Source: Pirellulales bacterium (GTDB lineage Bacteria; Planctomycetota; Planctomycetia; Pirellulales; JACPPG01). Taken from it: DNA of 64,000 nt. The translations under genes were made by a program, and so were the position numbers. The notes under the pieces are model-generated. The model worked only from the letters and a program-made list of their open reading frames with translations. It made no database searches and had not been told where the DNA came from. Shown one piece after another: positions 27,891 through 37,289 of the stretch. Positions within the stretch are counted from its first letter, which is position 1. The number at the start of each line of letters is the position of its first letter. The DNA lies in assembly GCA_035546535.1 (NCBI GenBank), contig DASZWQ010000024.1, positions 77,320 to 141,319 of the forward strand. The letters are read 5' to 3'.

Positions 27891-28175
27891 CTACCCATCA
27901 AGGGTCGTCGCGCCACCACTGGCTGGCAGATTGGTCTGGCCTAGCGTGCGTCCTAGCCGCTTGCGCTCGTGCCGGCCCAGGACGGGCTCGGCCGTGCGAT
28001 TCTCCGTCGTCGCCAGGCGGCGCGGCGCCTCGCGCAGCAGGCTCTGCAATTGGGGATGCAATGCATCCTTGTCGTCCGCCGCGCCGATCTGCTCGACGGC
28101 GTCCGAAAATCCCAACAACACGGCCCGGCGGACCCCCTCGCGAATCCAACCGAAGACGCCAACATTGCTATTCAT
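27891..28175 (-). CDS. Hypothetical small protein (94 aa)
   Basis: ATG at 28175 preceded by a strong SD (GGGAGG, 5-nt spacer). No recognisable domain. The overlapping + frames look like shadows. Confidence 0.5.
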   Translation of the reverse strand: MNSNVGVFGWIREGVRRAVLLGFSDAVEQIGAADDKDALHPQLQSLLREAPRRLATTENRTAEPVLGRHERKRLGRTLGQTNLPASGGATTLDG

Positions 28176-28315
28176 CTGATCCTCCCTCGATCACGCGCTT
28201 TTTCTGGTAGCGGCCGCCAGCCGGGCGGGGGATTCAAGCAGTCGCTGCTTGCACGCACCGGCCCGCCCTGTCCAAACTACCCAAAGTATGTGACGACGAC
28301 ATTAGTCTGCCGCCA

Positions 28316-29548
28316 ATGCCATCGGGTTTTCCCATGCGATTCCTGCAATCAAAAAAAGCTCCGGCGAAGACACGCGGCACACAGTCGTGGACACCAAGGC
28401 AGATCATCGGCTTTGCCGGCGCCTCGCTGCTGGCAGTCTTTGTTGCCGGCGCGCTCTTCGTCGATCGATGGACGACGGAGCGTGCGCAGCCATTTCACCA
28501 AGACAGGTTGATCGCGGAAGGCTCCGTGCCGCCGACCTCGCCGCGCGACGGAAACGCAACCGAATCATCATCGCCCGATCCCGAATTCCACACCTTCTCG
28601 ATTTGCGCCATTGATCCCGAGGCCGGGCAATGCGGTGTGGCGGTGACAACGCGCGTCACGCAGGTCGGCCGCTACGTTCCCTGGGTTCGCGCCGGCGTAG
28701 GCGCCGTGGCCACGCAGGCGACGACGGCCGTCAAGTACGGCCGCGCCGGGCTCGATCTCTTGGCCGCAGGTAAAGCACCCGAAGAAGTCATCGGCGAACT
28801 GCTTAGAGACGACGCGAATCGCGAAGTGCGCCAACTGGGCGTGATCGACATGCAAGGACGTACCGCGAACTTCACGGGAAAAGACAACGGCGTTTTCGCA
28901 GGCTCGCGGCAGGGGAAGAATTACACCGTGCAGGGCAATCTGCTTGTCGGACCGCAAGTGATCGACGCCGTGGCCGAGAGTTTCGAAGGGACCAACGGCG
29001 CGGGAATGGCACTGGCCGATCGGCTGATCGCGGCGCTCGAAGCCGGCCAGCGCGCCGGCGGCGATAAGCGCACCGGAAGGTTGCAATCGGCCGCGCTCGT
29101 CGTGGCCGACGAGCGATACGCCGGGGTTGCCGACGATCATATCGTCGAGACGTTGCAAGTGGCCGAACATCCCGAGCCCGTTGGCGAACTGCGCCGCCAA
29201 TACAACCGCATCCACGAGCGTCTGGGGCAACGCACCTTTTCGCTGGTGCGCGGCCGCGACGTCGTCGAGCTTAAGCAAATGCTCTTCCGGCTAAAGCTGC
29301 TTTGGACCGAGCGAACCGAATTCCCCGCCCGGGCCGACCGGCCGGATCTCGACCAGTTCGATACCGAGGCAGCGACGGCCGTCGATCAATTTCGTGTCGC
29401 ACACGGGCTGCCGGTGCCGGCTGATGGTCTGGGGCATCCCGCCGGACTGGTCGACGCACCCTTTGTCGAGGCGCTTCGTGCCGCATATCGCGACGCGCTC
29501 AAGAATCCCGTCCAGGCAGGCAAAGACGACAAGGCGCCGGAGCAATAG
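28316..29548 (+). CDS. DUF1028 (Ntn-hydrolase-like) protein with N-terminal membrane anchor and C-terminal peptidoglycan-binding-like domain
   Basis: TM helix IIGFAGASLLAVFVAGALFV. DUF1028 core HTFSICAIDPEAGQCGVAVTTRV..VG..VPWVRAGVGAVATQA......YG..GLDLL..G..PEEV...LL..D..RE.RQLGVID.QG..A.FTG......AG...G.NY.VQGN.L....V...A..FE.....LADRLI.ALEAGQ.AGGDKR. The tail (FDTEAATAVDQFRVAHGLP) resembles PG_binding_1. Alternative ATG at 28334. Confidence 0.82.
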   Translation: MPSGFPMRFLQSKKAPAKTRGTQSWTPRQIIGFAGASLLAVFVAGALFVDRWTTERAQPFHQDRLIAEGSVPPTSPRDGNATESSSPDPEFHTFSICAIDPEAGQCGVAVTTRVTQVGRYVPWVRAGVGAVATQATTAVKYGRAGLDLLAAGKAPEEVIGELLRDDANREVRQLGVIDMQGRTANFTGKDNGVFAGSRQGKNYTVQGNLLVGPQVIDAVAESFEGTNGAGMALADRLIAALEAGQRAGGDKRTGRLQSAALVVADERYAGVADDHIVETLQVAEHPEPVGELRRQYNRIHERLGQRTFSLVRGRDVVELKQMLFRLKLLWTERTEFPARADRPDLDQFDTEAATAVDQFRVAHGLPVPADGLGHPAGLVDAPFVEALRAAYRDALKNPVQAGKDDKAPEQ

Positions 29549-29599
29549 CTGATTCAAGACTGGCGGGCGCATGCTCCCGCGGCGAGTGCCGATGCCTTG

Positions 29600-29827
29600 T
29601 CAGGCCCAATCGAGGCCGGTCTCGTGCCGCAGCCGGGCGTCGAATTCGCCCAGCAGGCCGCCGATCACGTCCCAGCGATCATGCCGGCGCAGCTCGATGT
29701 CCCCCTGCGGATTGACCCGCACCAGGCTTTCTTCCTTCACGCCGCATTCGCGCAGCTGCTCGGGCGAGATTTCATTTTCACTCACAACCCGCAACAGCGT
29801 TCGACCGGTCATCTCGATGAATTTCAT
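29600..29827 (-). CDS. Hypothetical small protein (75 aa)
   Basis: ORF 29600-29935 trimmed to the ATG at 29827 (MKFIEMTGRTLLRVV...). G/C is strongly favoured at third codon positions. No domain recognised, and the start is uncertain. Confidence 0.45.
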   Translation of the reverse strand: MKFIEMTGRTLLRVVSENEISPEQLRECGVKEESLVRVNPQGDIELRRHDRWDVIGGLLGEFDARLRHETGLDWA

Positions 29828-29959
29828 GGCGACAACCGCGCTCCGGTGTTCCCTGTCACCCATTGCCCGACTTGAGCCGCTATCATAATCTGCGATCCGC
29901 ACCGGCCGCCAGCGGGGCCGGGTGACATTCTTCACCTGTGATCAGCGAGCGCGTATCGA

Positions 29960-30784
29960 ATGCCCGAACCCTTGCGGCTGCTCATCCTTGGCGCCCATCC
30001 TGACGATGCCGAGTTCCACGCCGGAGGCCTGGCCGCGATCTATCGATCGGCTGGGCACGCGGTGAAAGTCATCTCTTTGACCAATGGTGATGCGGGGCAT
30101 CACGTCATGTCAGGGCAGGTCCTGGCCAAGCGCCGCGCCGAAGAGATGCGCACCGCTGCGGCGGTGATCGGCGCCGAGCAGGCAATGTGGTCGCACCACG
30201 ATGGCATGCTCGAACCCTCACTCGCCCTGCGCTGGCAAGTGATTCGCGAGTTGCGCACGTTTCAACCCGATCTGGTGCTCACACATCGTGACAACGACTA
30301 CCATCCGGACCATCGCGCGTGCGGCAACGTGGTGCGCGACGCTTCGTACCTGGTAACCGTGCCGACAATTGTGCCGGACGCCGGCATCCTCCACCGCCCG
30401 CCGGTCATTGCCTACCTTCCCGACCGGTTCACGCGTCCCAATCCGCTGCGCGGTGATGTCGTTATCGATGTGGGGAGCGAAGTGGAAAAGATCGTGGATA
30501 TGCTGGCCTGTCACGAGTCGCAAGTCTTCGAATGGCTGCCGTTCAATCGCGGCGCGACCGACGAAGTGCCAGCTGATAAGACTCCCCGGCGAGCCTGGCT
30601 GCGCCAGTGGTTTCTTGACTACCTGCGTCCACAGGCTGATCGGTACCGTCAGGAATTGATTGCCACTTATGGCGCAGCGCGCGGCGAGCAGATCGAATAC
30701 GCCGAGGCCTTCGAGATCAGCGAGTACGCCGCGCCGCTCGACGCCGACACCCGTCGCCGGCTCTTCCCGTTTTTGCCCACTTAG
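29960..30784 (+). CDS. PIG-L/LmbE family N-acetylglucosaminyl deacetylase
   Basis: 274 aa. Signature motifs LILGAHPDDAEFHAGG, SLTNGDAG and DYHPDHRA (zinc ligands). Confidence 0.9.
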   Translation: MPEPLRLLILGAHPDDAEFHAGGLAAIYRSAGHAVKVISLTNGDAGHHVMSGQVLAKRRAEEMRTAAAVIGAEQAMWSHHDGMLEPSLALRWQVIRELRTFQPDLVLTHRDNDYHPDHRACGNVVRDASYLVTVPTIVPDAGILHRPPVIAYLPDRFTRPNPLRGDVVIDVGSEVEKIVDMLACHESQVFEWLPFNRGATDEVPADKTPRRAWLRQWFLDYLRPQADRYRQELIATYGAARGEQIEYAEAFEISEYAAPLDADTRRRLFPFLPT

Positions 30785-30841
30785 CCGAGGCTGCTTGATG
30801 ACGGCTAGCGCCGCCGAATAACAACCTGGCAGCCGCTAACG

Positions 30842-32485
30842 ATGAACGTACTTGCTGAATTTGCCCTGGGGCTCGGTATTTTCTTCGTCGGCATGCAGAT
30901 GGTCGGCGAGCATCTGCGCCAGCTCAGCGGACCATCGTTTCGCGCACTCGTTGCGCGCAGCACATCCTCCCCCTGGTCGGGCGTAGGGTTGGGCCTGGTC
31001 GCGGGCGCCATGATGCAAAGCGCGACGGGGGTCACATTCATTCTGGTCAATATGGTGACCGCCGGATTGATTTCCGCCCAGGCGGCGCTACCAGTGATTG
31101 CCTGGAGCAACGTCGGGCTCACGGCGCTGGCGTTTGTCGTCACGCTCGACATCCATCCCCTCGTGGCCGGCAGCGTCGGCGTTTGCGGCATCGCGGCCAC
31201 GCTCATCCGGCAGCGCACCGCGCGGCAGGTGGCCAACGTGCTCTTGGGGGTCGCGCTCTTGCTATTCGGGCTGCAGAGCATGGGCGCGGCAGCCGTGCCT
31301 TTGAAGGAGACGCAGGAATTGCGAACGGCCGTGCAATACACCGTGACGTCGCCTGCGCTGGCGTTTGTCGCGGGGTTTCTGTTGGCGGCCCTGCTGCAAT
31401 CGAATACGGGCGCGACGATGCTCGTCATCACGCTGGCGGCGCAAGGAATGTTCGGACTGCCGACGGCGGCGATGTTGATCTACGGCACGAACCTGGGCGC
31501 CATCGTCTTGCGACTGTTATTGTCGATCGATATGCGCGGAGTACCGCGCCAATTGGTCCGGTTCGAGGACGCGTTTTGCCTCGCCAGTGGGCTGCTAATG
31601 GTCGCGCTCTTTTTCATCGAGCGCGTGACCGGCCTGCCGCTGGTACTCGCCGGGGTGGCTGCCGCCACGGACAAGATCGCCTTGCAATTGGCGCTCGTTT
31701 TCTTATTGGCGAACTTACTCCCGGCCATCGTGGTGATGCCGGCACTCGGCCCGAGCCTGGCGTGGCTGGCGCGGCGATGGCCGGCGGACGAAGTGGCGGA
31801 TGCCGCGCAGCCAGAATTCCTCACGCCGCAGAGCCTGGACGACCCGGCCTCGGCCGTGGACCTGATCCCACGCGAGTTGGCGCGGTTGTTGACCAGCTTG
31901 CAGTGCTCGGTACGTACCCATCGTGCGGGCACCGACACCAGCGACGTCGAGGACCAGCGCGCCGCTGATTACGCGGCACTGACGGCGCGGATCGACGAGT
32001 ACGCTGCACAGCTCTCGACGCGTCCGCTGCAAAAATCAGTCGCCCAGCGATTGAACGCTACCCGGGAACTGACGGCGCTGGTTGGTTATCTTGCCGAAAG
32101 CTACGTGCAGTTACGGCACTCGCACCGCGCGCTGCGACACTTTCCCGACACGGCTGCCATACGTGACCAGATTCTGGCGGCTCTGGAATTGCTGCTGGGT
32201 ATCGCCGCCACGGCCGTGGATACGCGTCAGCCGGCAGCGATCGCCCACCTACGCGAGCAATCGCGCAGCCGAAGCGTCTTGATTGAGCAAGCGCGCTTGG
32301 CGAGTGTATCGGGCGCGACGGGCGATGACACCCGTAACAGCAGAATCGCTGAGCGGACAGCCACCCAAAAGCTTCTGGCCGACTTTGAGCTATCGACCTG
32401 GATCATTCACCGCATCTCGAAATTGCTCGACGAGCTAACCCCACAGGCGAGCGGCGCCGCGCCGAGGAGTGCGCCAAAGCCCTGA
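30842..32485 (+). CDS. Na+/phosphate cotransporter family protein (NptA/YjbB-like, with PhoU-like C-terminal region)
   Basis: 547 aa. Duplicated Na_Pi_cotrans membrane repeats (GLGIFFVGMQMVGEHL...; QSATGVTFILV; LLQSNTGATMLVITLA; IYGTNLGAIV), followed by a soluble helical C-terminal domain. Confidence 0.82.
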   Translation: MNVLAEFALGLGIFFVGMQMVGEHLRQLSGPSFRALVARSTSSPWSGVGLGLVAGAMMQSATGVTFILVNMVTAGLISAQAALPVIAWSNVGLTALAFVVTLDIHPLVAGSVGVCGIAATLIRQRTARQVANVLLGVALLLFGLQSMGAAAVPLKETQELRTAVQYTVTSPALAFVAGFLLAALLQSNTGATMLVITLAAQGMFGLPTAAMLIYGTNLGAIVLRLLLSIDMRGVPRQLVRFEDAFCLASGLLMVALFFIERVTGLPLVLAGVAAATDKIALQLALVFLLANLLPAIVVMPALGPSLAWLARRWPADEVADAAQPEFLTPQSLDDPASAVDLIPRELARLLTSLQCSVRTHRAGTDTSDVEDQRAADYAALTARIDEYAAQLSTRPLQKSVAQRLNATRELTALVGYLAESYVQLRHSHRALRHFPDTAAIRDQILAALELLLGIAATAVDTRQPAAIAHLREQSRSRSVLIEQARLASVSGATGDDTRNSRIAERTATQKLLADFELSTWIIHRISKLLDELTPQASGAAPRSAPKP

Positions 32486-32525
32486 TACCGCACGGCGAAA
32501 CCAGGTACGTCCGCCATGGGCTCGC

Positions 32526-32852
32526 TTACTTCTTGTGTTTCCGATCGAGTTGCGCTTCGAGCGCATCGAGCCTCGCGTTCCAGAAATCTCGGAATTCGGC
32601 GGCCCAGCGGTAAACGTTTTCGAGCGGCGCCGAACGTAAGCGATAGATTCGGCGGCGACCGTCACGCCGTTCAGCGACAAGGTCTGCATCCTTGAGAATT
32701 CGCAGATGCTGCGAAATGGCAGGAAACGACACGCCGAACGGCTCGGCCAATTCGCTCGCCGGGCGGTCTCCACTTCGCAGCAACTTAAGGATCTTGCGGC
32801 GCGTAGGGTGCGCGATGGCGTGAAAGACGTCATTCTGTTGGACAGGCCGCAT
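32526..32852 (-). CDS. ArsR/SmtB family transcriptional regulator
   Basis: 108 aa. VFHAIAHPTRRKILKLL......ASELAEPFGVSFPAISQHLRILKDADLV...R.GR...Y.L is the canonical winged-HTH. The start lies 3 nt after the stop of the upstream SRPBCC gene. Confidence 0.92.
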   Translation of the reverse strand: MRPVQQNDVFHAIAHPTRRKILKLLRSGDRPASELAEPFGVSFPAISQHLRILKDADLVAERRDGRRRIYRLRSAPLENVYRWAAEFRDFWNARLDALEAQLDRKHKK

Positions 32853-32855
32853 CGG

Positions 32856-33377
32856 TTATTTCTTCCACTGAGGATAGAGGGCCCGCAGCTCTTCGAACCG
32901 TGGCATCCAGGAGGGCATCGCTTGCTTGCCGAGTTGGGCTTCCAGCCGATCGAGCAATACGTGTGTTCCTGGTGCAAAGCCCGCCGCGGTATTCCGCGTC
33001 ATGCGGCGATATTCCACCGTGAGCAGCGTGTGGTCACCCTCTGGCGTCAATTCGTAGCGGAACACGGCGTCCTCTCCTTGCGGCATGGGAGGTACCGGAG
33101 CCACCTTCCACTCGTGCGCGAAGACACGCGGCGGGTCCCACGTAAGAACCTTACCGCTGACGTGGAATTGTGCCGGCCCGGCCACCATGGCGACCGTGCC
33201 TCCGACTCGGCCATCGATTCTGGCCGAAGAGCACATCAGCCAGCCCGCCAGCTCGGTGGGATTCGTAATGGCATCCCACACTAACTCGGGCCGGTGACGG
33301 AGGACGCGCTTGAACACGATCGTGGCGTGATCCCCCTCGATAAAGACTTCGCCCACGCGTGATGCGTCATCGGACAT
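32856..33377 (-). CDS. SRPBCC/AHSA1 (activator of Hsp90 ATPase homologue 1-like) domain protein
   Basis: FKRVLRHRPELVWDAITNPTELAGWL......D.R.GG.......... ..G.V..WDPPRVFAHEW is typical of the Aha1_N-like SRPBCC proteins that pair with ArsR regulators. Start is ATG 33377 (MSDDAS) or 33392. Confidence 0.85.
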   Translation of the reverse strand: MSDDASRVGEVFIEGDHATIVFKRVLRHRPELVWDAITNPTELAGWLMCSSARIDGRVGGTVAMVAGPAQFHVSGKVLTWDPPRVFAHEWKVAPVPPMPQGEDAVFRYELTPEGDHTLLTVEYRRMTRNTAAGFAPGTHVLLDRLEAQLGKQAMPSWMPRFEELRALYPQWKK

Positions 33378-33551
33378 CTTCAACTCCCTCATCTAAACGT
33401 GCTCGTAGCGGAGAACGACTTTCCTTCTTGAACGCGCGCGATGACGCCCAGGTGCAAATTCGAGCATCGTGGGCAAGCCGTCGATGACGGAGCGTCATCC
33501 ACCGACACGGTCAACTTTCGCGTCGCGGTAACTCCTTCGACCCCGATATTA

Positions 33552-33567
33552 TTAAGTAAGTACTTAA
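33552..33567. promoter_or_regulatory. Candidate operator palindrome TTAAGTA-AG-TACTTAA upstream of the SRPBCC-ArsR pair
   Basis: Perfect 7-2-7 inverted repeat in the only AT-rich patch of the 260-bp gap upstream of the minus-strand SRPBCC/ArsR genes. ArsR/SmtB repressors classically bind AT-rich imperfect inverted repeats in their own promoters. Confidence 0.4.
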
Positions 33568-33652
33568 ATGTCAAGCGAGGAAACGAACGCGGCGAACTCG
33601 AACGGCCGATCACCGATTCGAAGACCGGTACGGCGGGCCCACCAAGCGAGAT

Positions 33653-34216
33653 TTAGTCGCCGTGGATCTGCCGCAGGCGTGGAGAAATGCGCAGCATCGC
33701 CTGCAGCCGCTCGAACTCGCCGAGCCAGTCTCGTACGATCGCGGCCAGTTCATCGCCTGTGGGCAAAACCAGGCCGCTCGCGCACGAGGGACCAAACATC
33801 CGCGCCATCATCTGACGATAGCGCGAAAGGGTGCGGTCGCCATAGCGGCCGATCTCCTGAAAATCCTCGCTCAGGAAGACGACGACCGGTACTCGGCTGC
33901 CGCCGCAGATCTTCAATTCGCCCGCCAGCTCCGGGTGGGCGTCGCGGTCGAAGAAGCGCACCTCGACCAGCGGATTGACGGCTTCGACGCGGCGCAGAAT
34001 CGGGCACTGGTAGACGCAGTCACCGCACCAGGCTCCGGCCAGACAAGCCACGGGCATGCGGCGGGTAAAGCCCTGCAGCAAATCGCGATCGCGGTCCGTG
34101 AACGCCACGGCCGCATGCGCATCGGCCCAGCGGCGGCGATGTTCGGGCGTGCCGTGCTTCTCGAGAAACGCGTCGTAGCCAAGTCCCGCTGAAAAACATT
34201 GATTCCAGTCGATCAT
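33653..34216 (-). CDS. Thioredoxin-fold family protein (WCGDC motif)
   Basis: ORF trimmed to the ATG at 34216 (MIDWNQCF...). Redox motif LAGAWCGDCVYQCP. The remainder is thioredoxin-like. Confidence 0.75.
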   Translation of the reverse strand: MIDWNQCFSAGLGYDAFLEKHGTPEHRRRWADAHAAVAFTDRDRDLLQGFTRRMPVACLAGAWCGDCVYQCPILRRVEAVNPLVEVRFFDRDAHPELAGELKICGGSRVPVVVFLSEDFQEIGRYGDRTLSRYRQMMARMFGPSCASGLVLPTGDELAAIVRDWLGEFERLQAMLRISPRLRQIHGD

Positions 34217-34479
34217 GAGGGGCCTGTCCGAGCCACCGTCGTGGCGGCAGCAAGAAGAAAAAGACGCAAAAATGGCGTATTCTTGTCCGTATCGTCGGGA
34301 GAGAGCGTAATCAACAGTCCAAATCACAACGTATAGTCAGATAGCCGCTTACCCCCGAGCCGCGAGGCCTTGAGCTACCACCCGGCCCGCGTATCATCAT
34401 GCGGTCACCCCGAAAGGCGTGCGAAGAACCCCGCTTCCGCGCGCGGTAAAACCAGCCTGCAGCCCCGACTTAGCATCCC

Positions 34480-35211
34480 GTGCGTATCGTCAGCTACAAC
34501 ATTCACAAAGGCATCGGCGGCCGCGATCGTCGCTATCGCTTTGAGCGGATTGCCGAGGTGATCGAGCACCTCGAGCCCGATGTGGTCTGTCTGCAAGAGG
34601 TCGACCACAACGTCCGCCGTTCGCGCTTCGACCATCAGCCCGACCTGCTGGCAGCCCGGCTCAACGCAGCCGAGGCATTCTATCAGCACAACGTCCCCCT
34701 CAAAATGGGAGGCTACGGCAACCTGATCCTGTCGGTTTGGCCATTTCGCTCGAAGCATCAGGTTTCGCTGCGAATGAAAACCAAAAAGCCGCGCGGCGCC
34801 CAGCTGGTGGTCATCGAGACTCCCCAAGGACCGCTGCACCTGGTGAACTGGCACCTGGGGCTGGCCGAGACCGAGCGCCGCTGGCAGGTACACCATCTGC
34901 TGACGCACTCGCTCTTTCGCGAGGGGCATGAGCTGCCGACCTTGATCATCGGCGATTACAACGACTGGCGGAATCAATTGAAGCATCGTTCGTTCGCCGA
35001 GCACGGCTTCGAGCAGATCACCAGCCCTCCCTCGCGTTTTCGCTCGTTCCCCGCTTACCTGCCGCTCGGATCACTAGACAAAGCCTTTTATCGCGGGGGG
35101 CTCACCATTCACCGGGCATTCATCGCCCATAGCAAACTCGCCCGAGCGGCCAGCGATCATTTACCGCTGGTCGTCGATTTCGACATCGGCAGCAATGGTG
35201 CGGGCGTCTGA
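34480..35211 (+). CDS. Endonuclease/exonuclease/phosphatase (EEP) family protein
   Basis: 243 aa with a GTG start. MRIVSYNIHKGIG, DVVCLQEVD, GNLILS, IIGDYNDW and the terminal SDHLPLVVDF are the ordered EEP catalytic motifs. Confidence 0.9.
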   Translation: MRIVSYNIHKGIGGRDRRYRFERIAEVIEHLEPDVVCLQEVDHNVRRSRFDHQPDLLAARLNAAEAFYQHNVPLKMGGYGNLILSVWPFRSKHQVSLRMKTKKPRGAQLVVIETPQGPLHLVNWHLGLAETERRWQVHHLLTHSLFREGHELPTLIIGDYNDWRNQLKHRSFAEHGFEQITSPPSRFRSFPAYLPLGSLDKAFYRGGLTIHRAFIAHSKLARAASDHLPLVVDFDIGSNGAGV

Positions 35212-35346
35212 CGCCCGGGGGTCGAGACGAATCCTCATCGCACGGCGCAACGCGGCCCTGTTGCGACACGTCAGGCCGCGGGTTAGCCTCTTAATCGACG
35301 TACTCGCCTGCCTCCGCCCGTTTCCCTCACGCCTTCGGAGCCCGCC

Positions 35347-36246
35347 ATGCTCTGCTTGCCCTCGCGATTGAATTTCGTCGCCCTCACAATTTGCCTCGCG
35401 GCTCTGATCGCCATGAGCGGCGTTCGATCGCGTGCCGCGGACGATTATCCTTTGGGCCCCGACTCGCAACGGCAGGAGGGCGTGCCTCGCGGCACGGTCA
35501 CCCAGCACCACTGGACGAGCAAAATCTTCGACGGCACCGAGCGCGATTACTGGGTCTACGTGCCCGCGCAATACAAAGCGGAGATCCCGGCCTGCGTTAT
35601 GGTTTTTCAAGACGGTAAGTGGTACATCGACGAAGCGCGCGACTTTCGCGTGCCGGTCGTCTTCGACAACTTGATTCACAAGGGCGAGATGCCGGTCACA
35701 ATCGCCATCTGCATTAACCCCGGCGTGTTTCCTGCCAAGACGGCCGACGGCAAGACGGAATCGAATCGCAGCTTCGAGTACGACTCGCTCTCGGATCAGT
35801 ACGCCCGATTTCTGCTCGAAGAAATCCTGCCCGAGGTGGGCAAGGAATATCGCCTGACGGATAACGCCGCAGGCCGGGCGATCTGCGGCATCAGCTCGGG
35901 CGGAATCTGCTCGTGGACCGTCGCCTGGCAACGGCCCGATGCCTTCAGCAAAGTGCTGAGCCACGTGGGAAGCTTTACCAACATTCGCGGCGGCCACGTG
36001 TACCCCGCTCTCATTCGCAAGACCGATCCCAAGCCGATCCGCATTTTTCTGCAGGATGGCTCGGGCGACTTGGACAACGCGCACGGCAATTGGCCGCTGG
36101 CGAACCAGGAAATGGCGGCGGCGCTGAAATTCGCCAAGTACGACTACCGCTTCGAGTACGGCGACGGCGGACACAACGGCAAGCATGGCGGCGCGCTCAT
36201 GCCGGAATCGCTGCGCTGGCTGTGGCGCGATTACAAAGGCAACTAG
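35347..36246 (+). CDS. Secreted esterase (enterochelin-esterase/'putative esterase' family, alpha/beta hydrolase)
   Basis: 299 aa. Signal peptide. [11 protein letters not shown], nucleophile elbow [16 protein letters not shown], and GGHN near the C-terminus. Confidence 0.82.
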   Translation: MLCLPSRLNFVALTICLAALIAMSGVRSRAADDYPLGPDSQRQEGVPRGTVTQHHWTSKIFDGTERDYWVYVPAQYKAEIPACVMVFQDGKWYIDEARDFRVPVVFDNLIHKGEMPVTIAICINPGVFPAKTADGKTESNRSFEYDSLSDQYARFLLEEILPEVGKEYRLTDNAAGRAICGISSGGICSWTVAWQRPDAFSKVLSHVGSFTNIRGGHVYPALIRKTDPKPIRIFLQDGSGDLDNAHGNWPLANQEMAAALKFAKYDYRFEYGDGGHNGKHGGALMPESLRWLWRDYKGN

Positions 36247-37091
36247 TTCGAGTTGTCCGCCGTGCGCAGCCGTTTGGCGTGCACGCGAGCCACGTCTCCC
36301 ATGTAATGCGAAATGGGATGCTCCTCGGCCTCGGCCAGATGCTCGACGCAGCGCTTGGTATCTCCCGTGGCCTCGTAATACAAAGCCAGGTAAAGGTGCG
36401 CATAAAATAATTGCGCATCGAGTCGCGCTGGCGGCGGATCGTCGGCTTGCGCCGCCGCCAGAACCCCTTCCGGTGCGAGGTCACCGCGATAGAGCGAGTA
36501 GATTTCCATCATGGGCACGCGCGCGTCACGCTTGACGGGCAACATGGCAGCCCGCGCCTTGGGCACTCCCTCCGCTCGCGCCATGCACAGGAATCGCCAC
36601 ACGGCGTTTTCAACGTCGTTGTCATCGACGGTTTGATATCCTTCGAATTGCTTGCGGCCTTCCTCGTATCGGCCGGCATAGTAGTACGAAATCCCTCGCT
36701 TCCAGTGGGCCGGCGCTTGATCCGGTCGCATTGCGATGAAGCGGTCGAAGTCCGCGATCGATCCCTCGATCTGGCCCAGCTTGAACCGCTCGCTGCCGCG
36801 GCGATCGTACAGTTCCGCCTGGTCCGGCGCGAGCTTGATCGCCATGTCGTAATCAGCAACGGCCTGACGATGCTGCCCCACCAGGGCTTCGATATCGGCT
36901 CGCAATTGGTAACCGCGCGGATCCTGCGGCCCCGCCTCGATGGCTTTGCCGGCAAGCTCCACCGCTCGATCGGGCTCCCGATCGCGCAGCGCCATACGAG
37001 CACGATCCAGCAGTGTCGAGAAATCTTCTCCGCGCGCGGTGCCACAGGTGACGACGAGGACGATCAAGCACCGAAATGCAACGGCCGACAT
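36243..37091 (-). CDS. TPR-repeat secreted protein (NlpI-like)
   Basis: 282 aa. Signal peptide ([14 protein letters not shown]). Several 34-aa TPR units (A.ADYD.AIKLAPD.AELY.RRG...FKLG....). Its 3' end overlaps the convergent esterase gene by 4 nt. Confidence 0.8.
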   Translation of the reverse strand: MSAVAFRCLIVLVVTCGTARGEDFSTLLDRARMALRDREPDRAVELAGKAIEAGPQDPRGYQLRADIEALVGQHRQAVADYDMAIKLAPDQAELYDRRGSERFKLGQIEGSIADFDRFIAMRPDQAPAHWKRGISYYYAGRYEEGRKQFEGYQTVDDNDVENAVWRFLCMARAEGVPKARAAMLPVKRDARVPMMEIYSLYRGDLAPEGVLAAAQADDPPPARLDAQLFYAHLYLALYYEATGDTKRCVEHLAEAEEHPISHYMGDVARVHAKRLRTADNSN

Positions 37092-37289
37092 GGATCACCT
37101 CGCACAATGACTATCGGTTGCCCTGCCGTGAAATATCGTACCAAGCGCTGCCGGCCCGCTTGAACGGCAATCCACTCGCCATTTGGCATACACGCTCGGC
37201 CTATTTGACGCATTGACGAATTCGCGGCGGAGAATTACAGGGCGCGATGGCCGAAGTAACACGATCCGTGGAGAGCCTTCCCGTCGAAG

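Noticed and set aside
35161-36186. 341-aa minus-strand ORF. The same class includes 40436-41575 (+), 23606-24649 (-), 55833-57023 (-), 57047-57730 (-), 61580-62197 (+) and 62627-63985 (+)
   Set aside because: All lie antisense to genes with strong family signatures (esterase, alpha/beta hydrolase, C25 peptidase, DUF1501, lipoprotein, Gfo/Idh/MocA, Tag). All have Arg/Ala/Gly-dominated low-information sequences typical of shadow ORFs in high-GC DNA.
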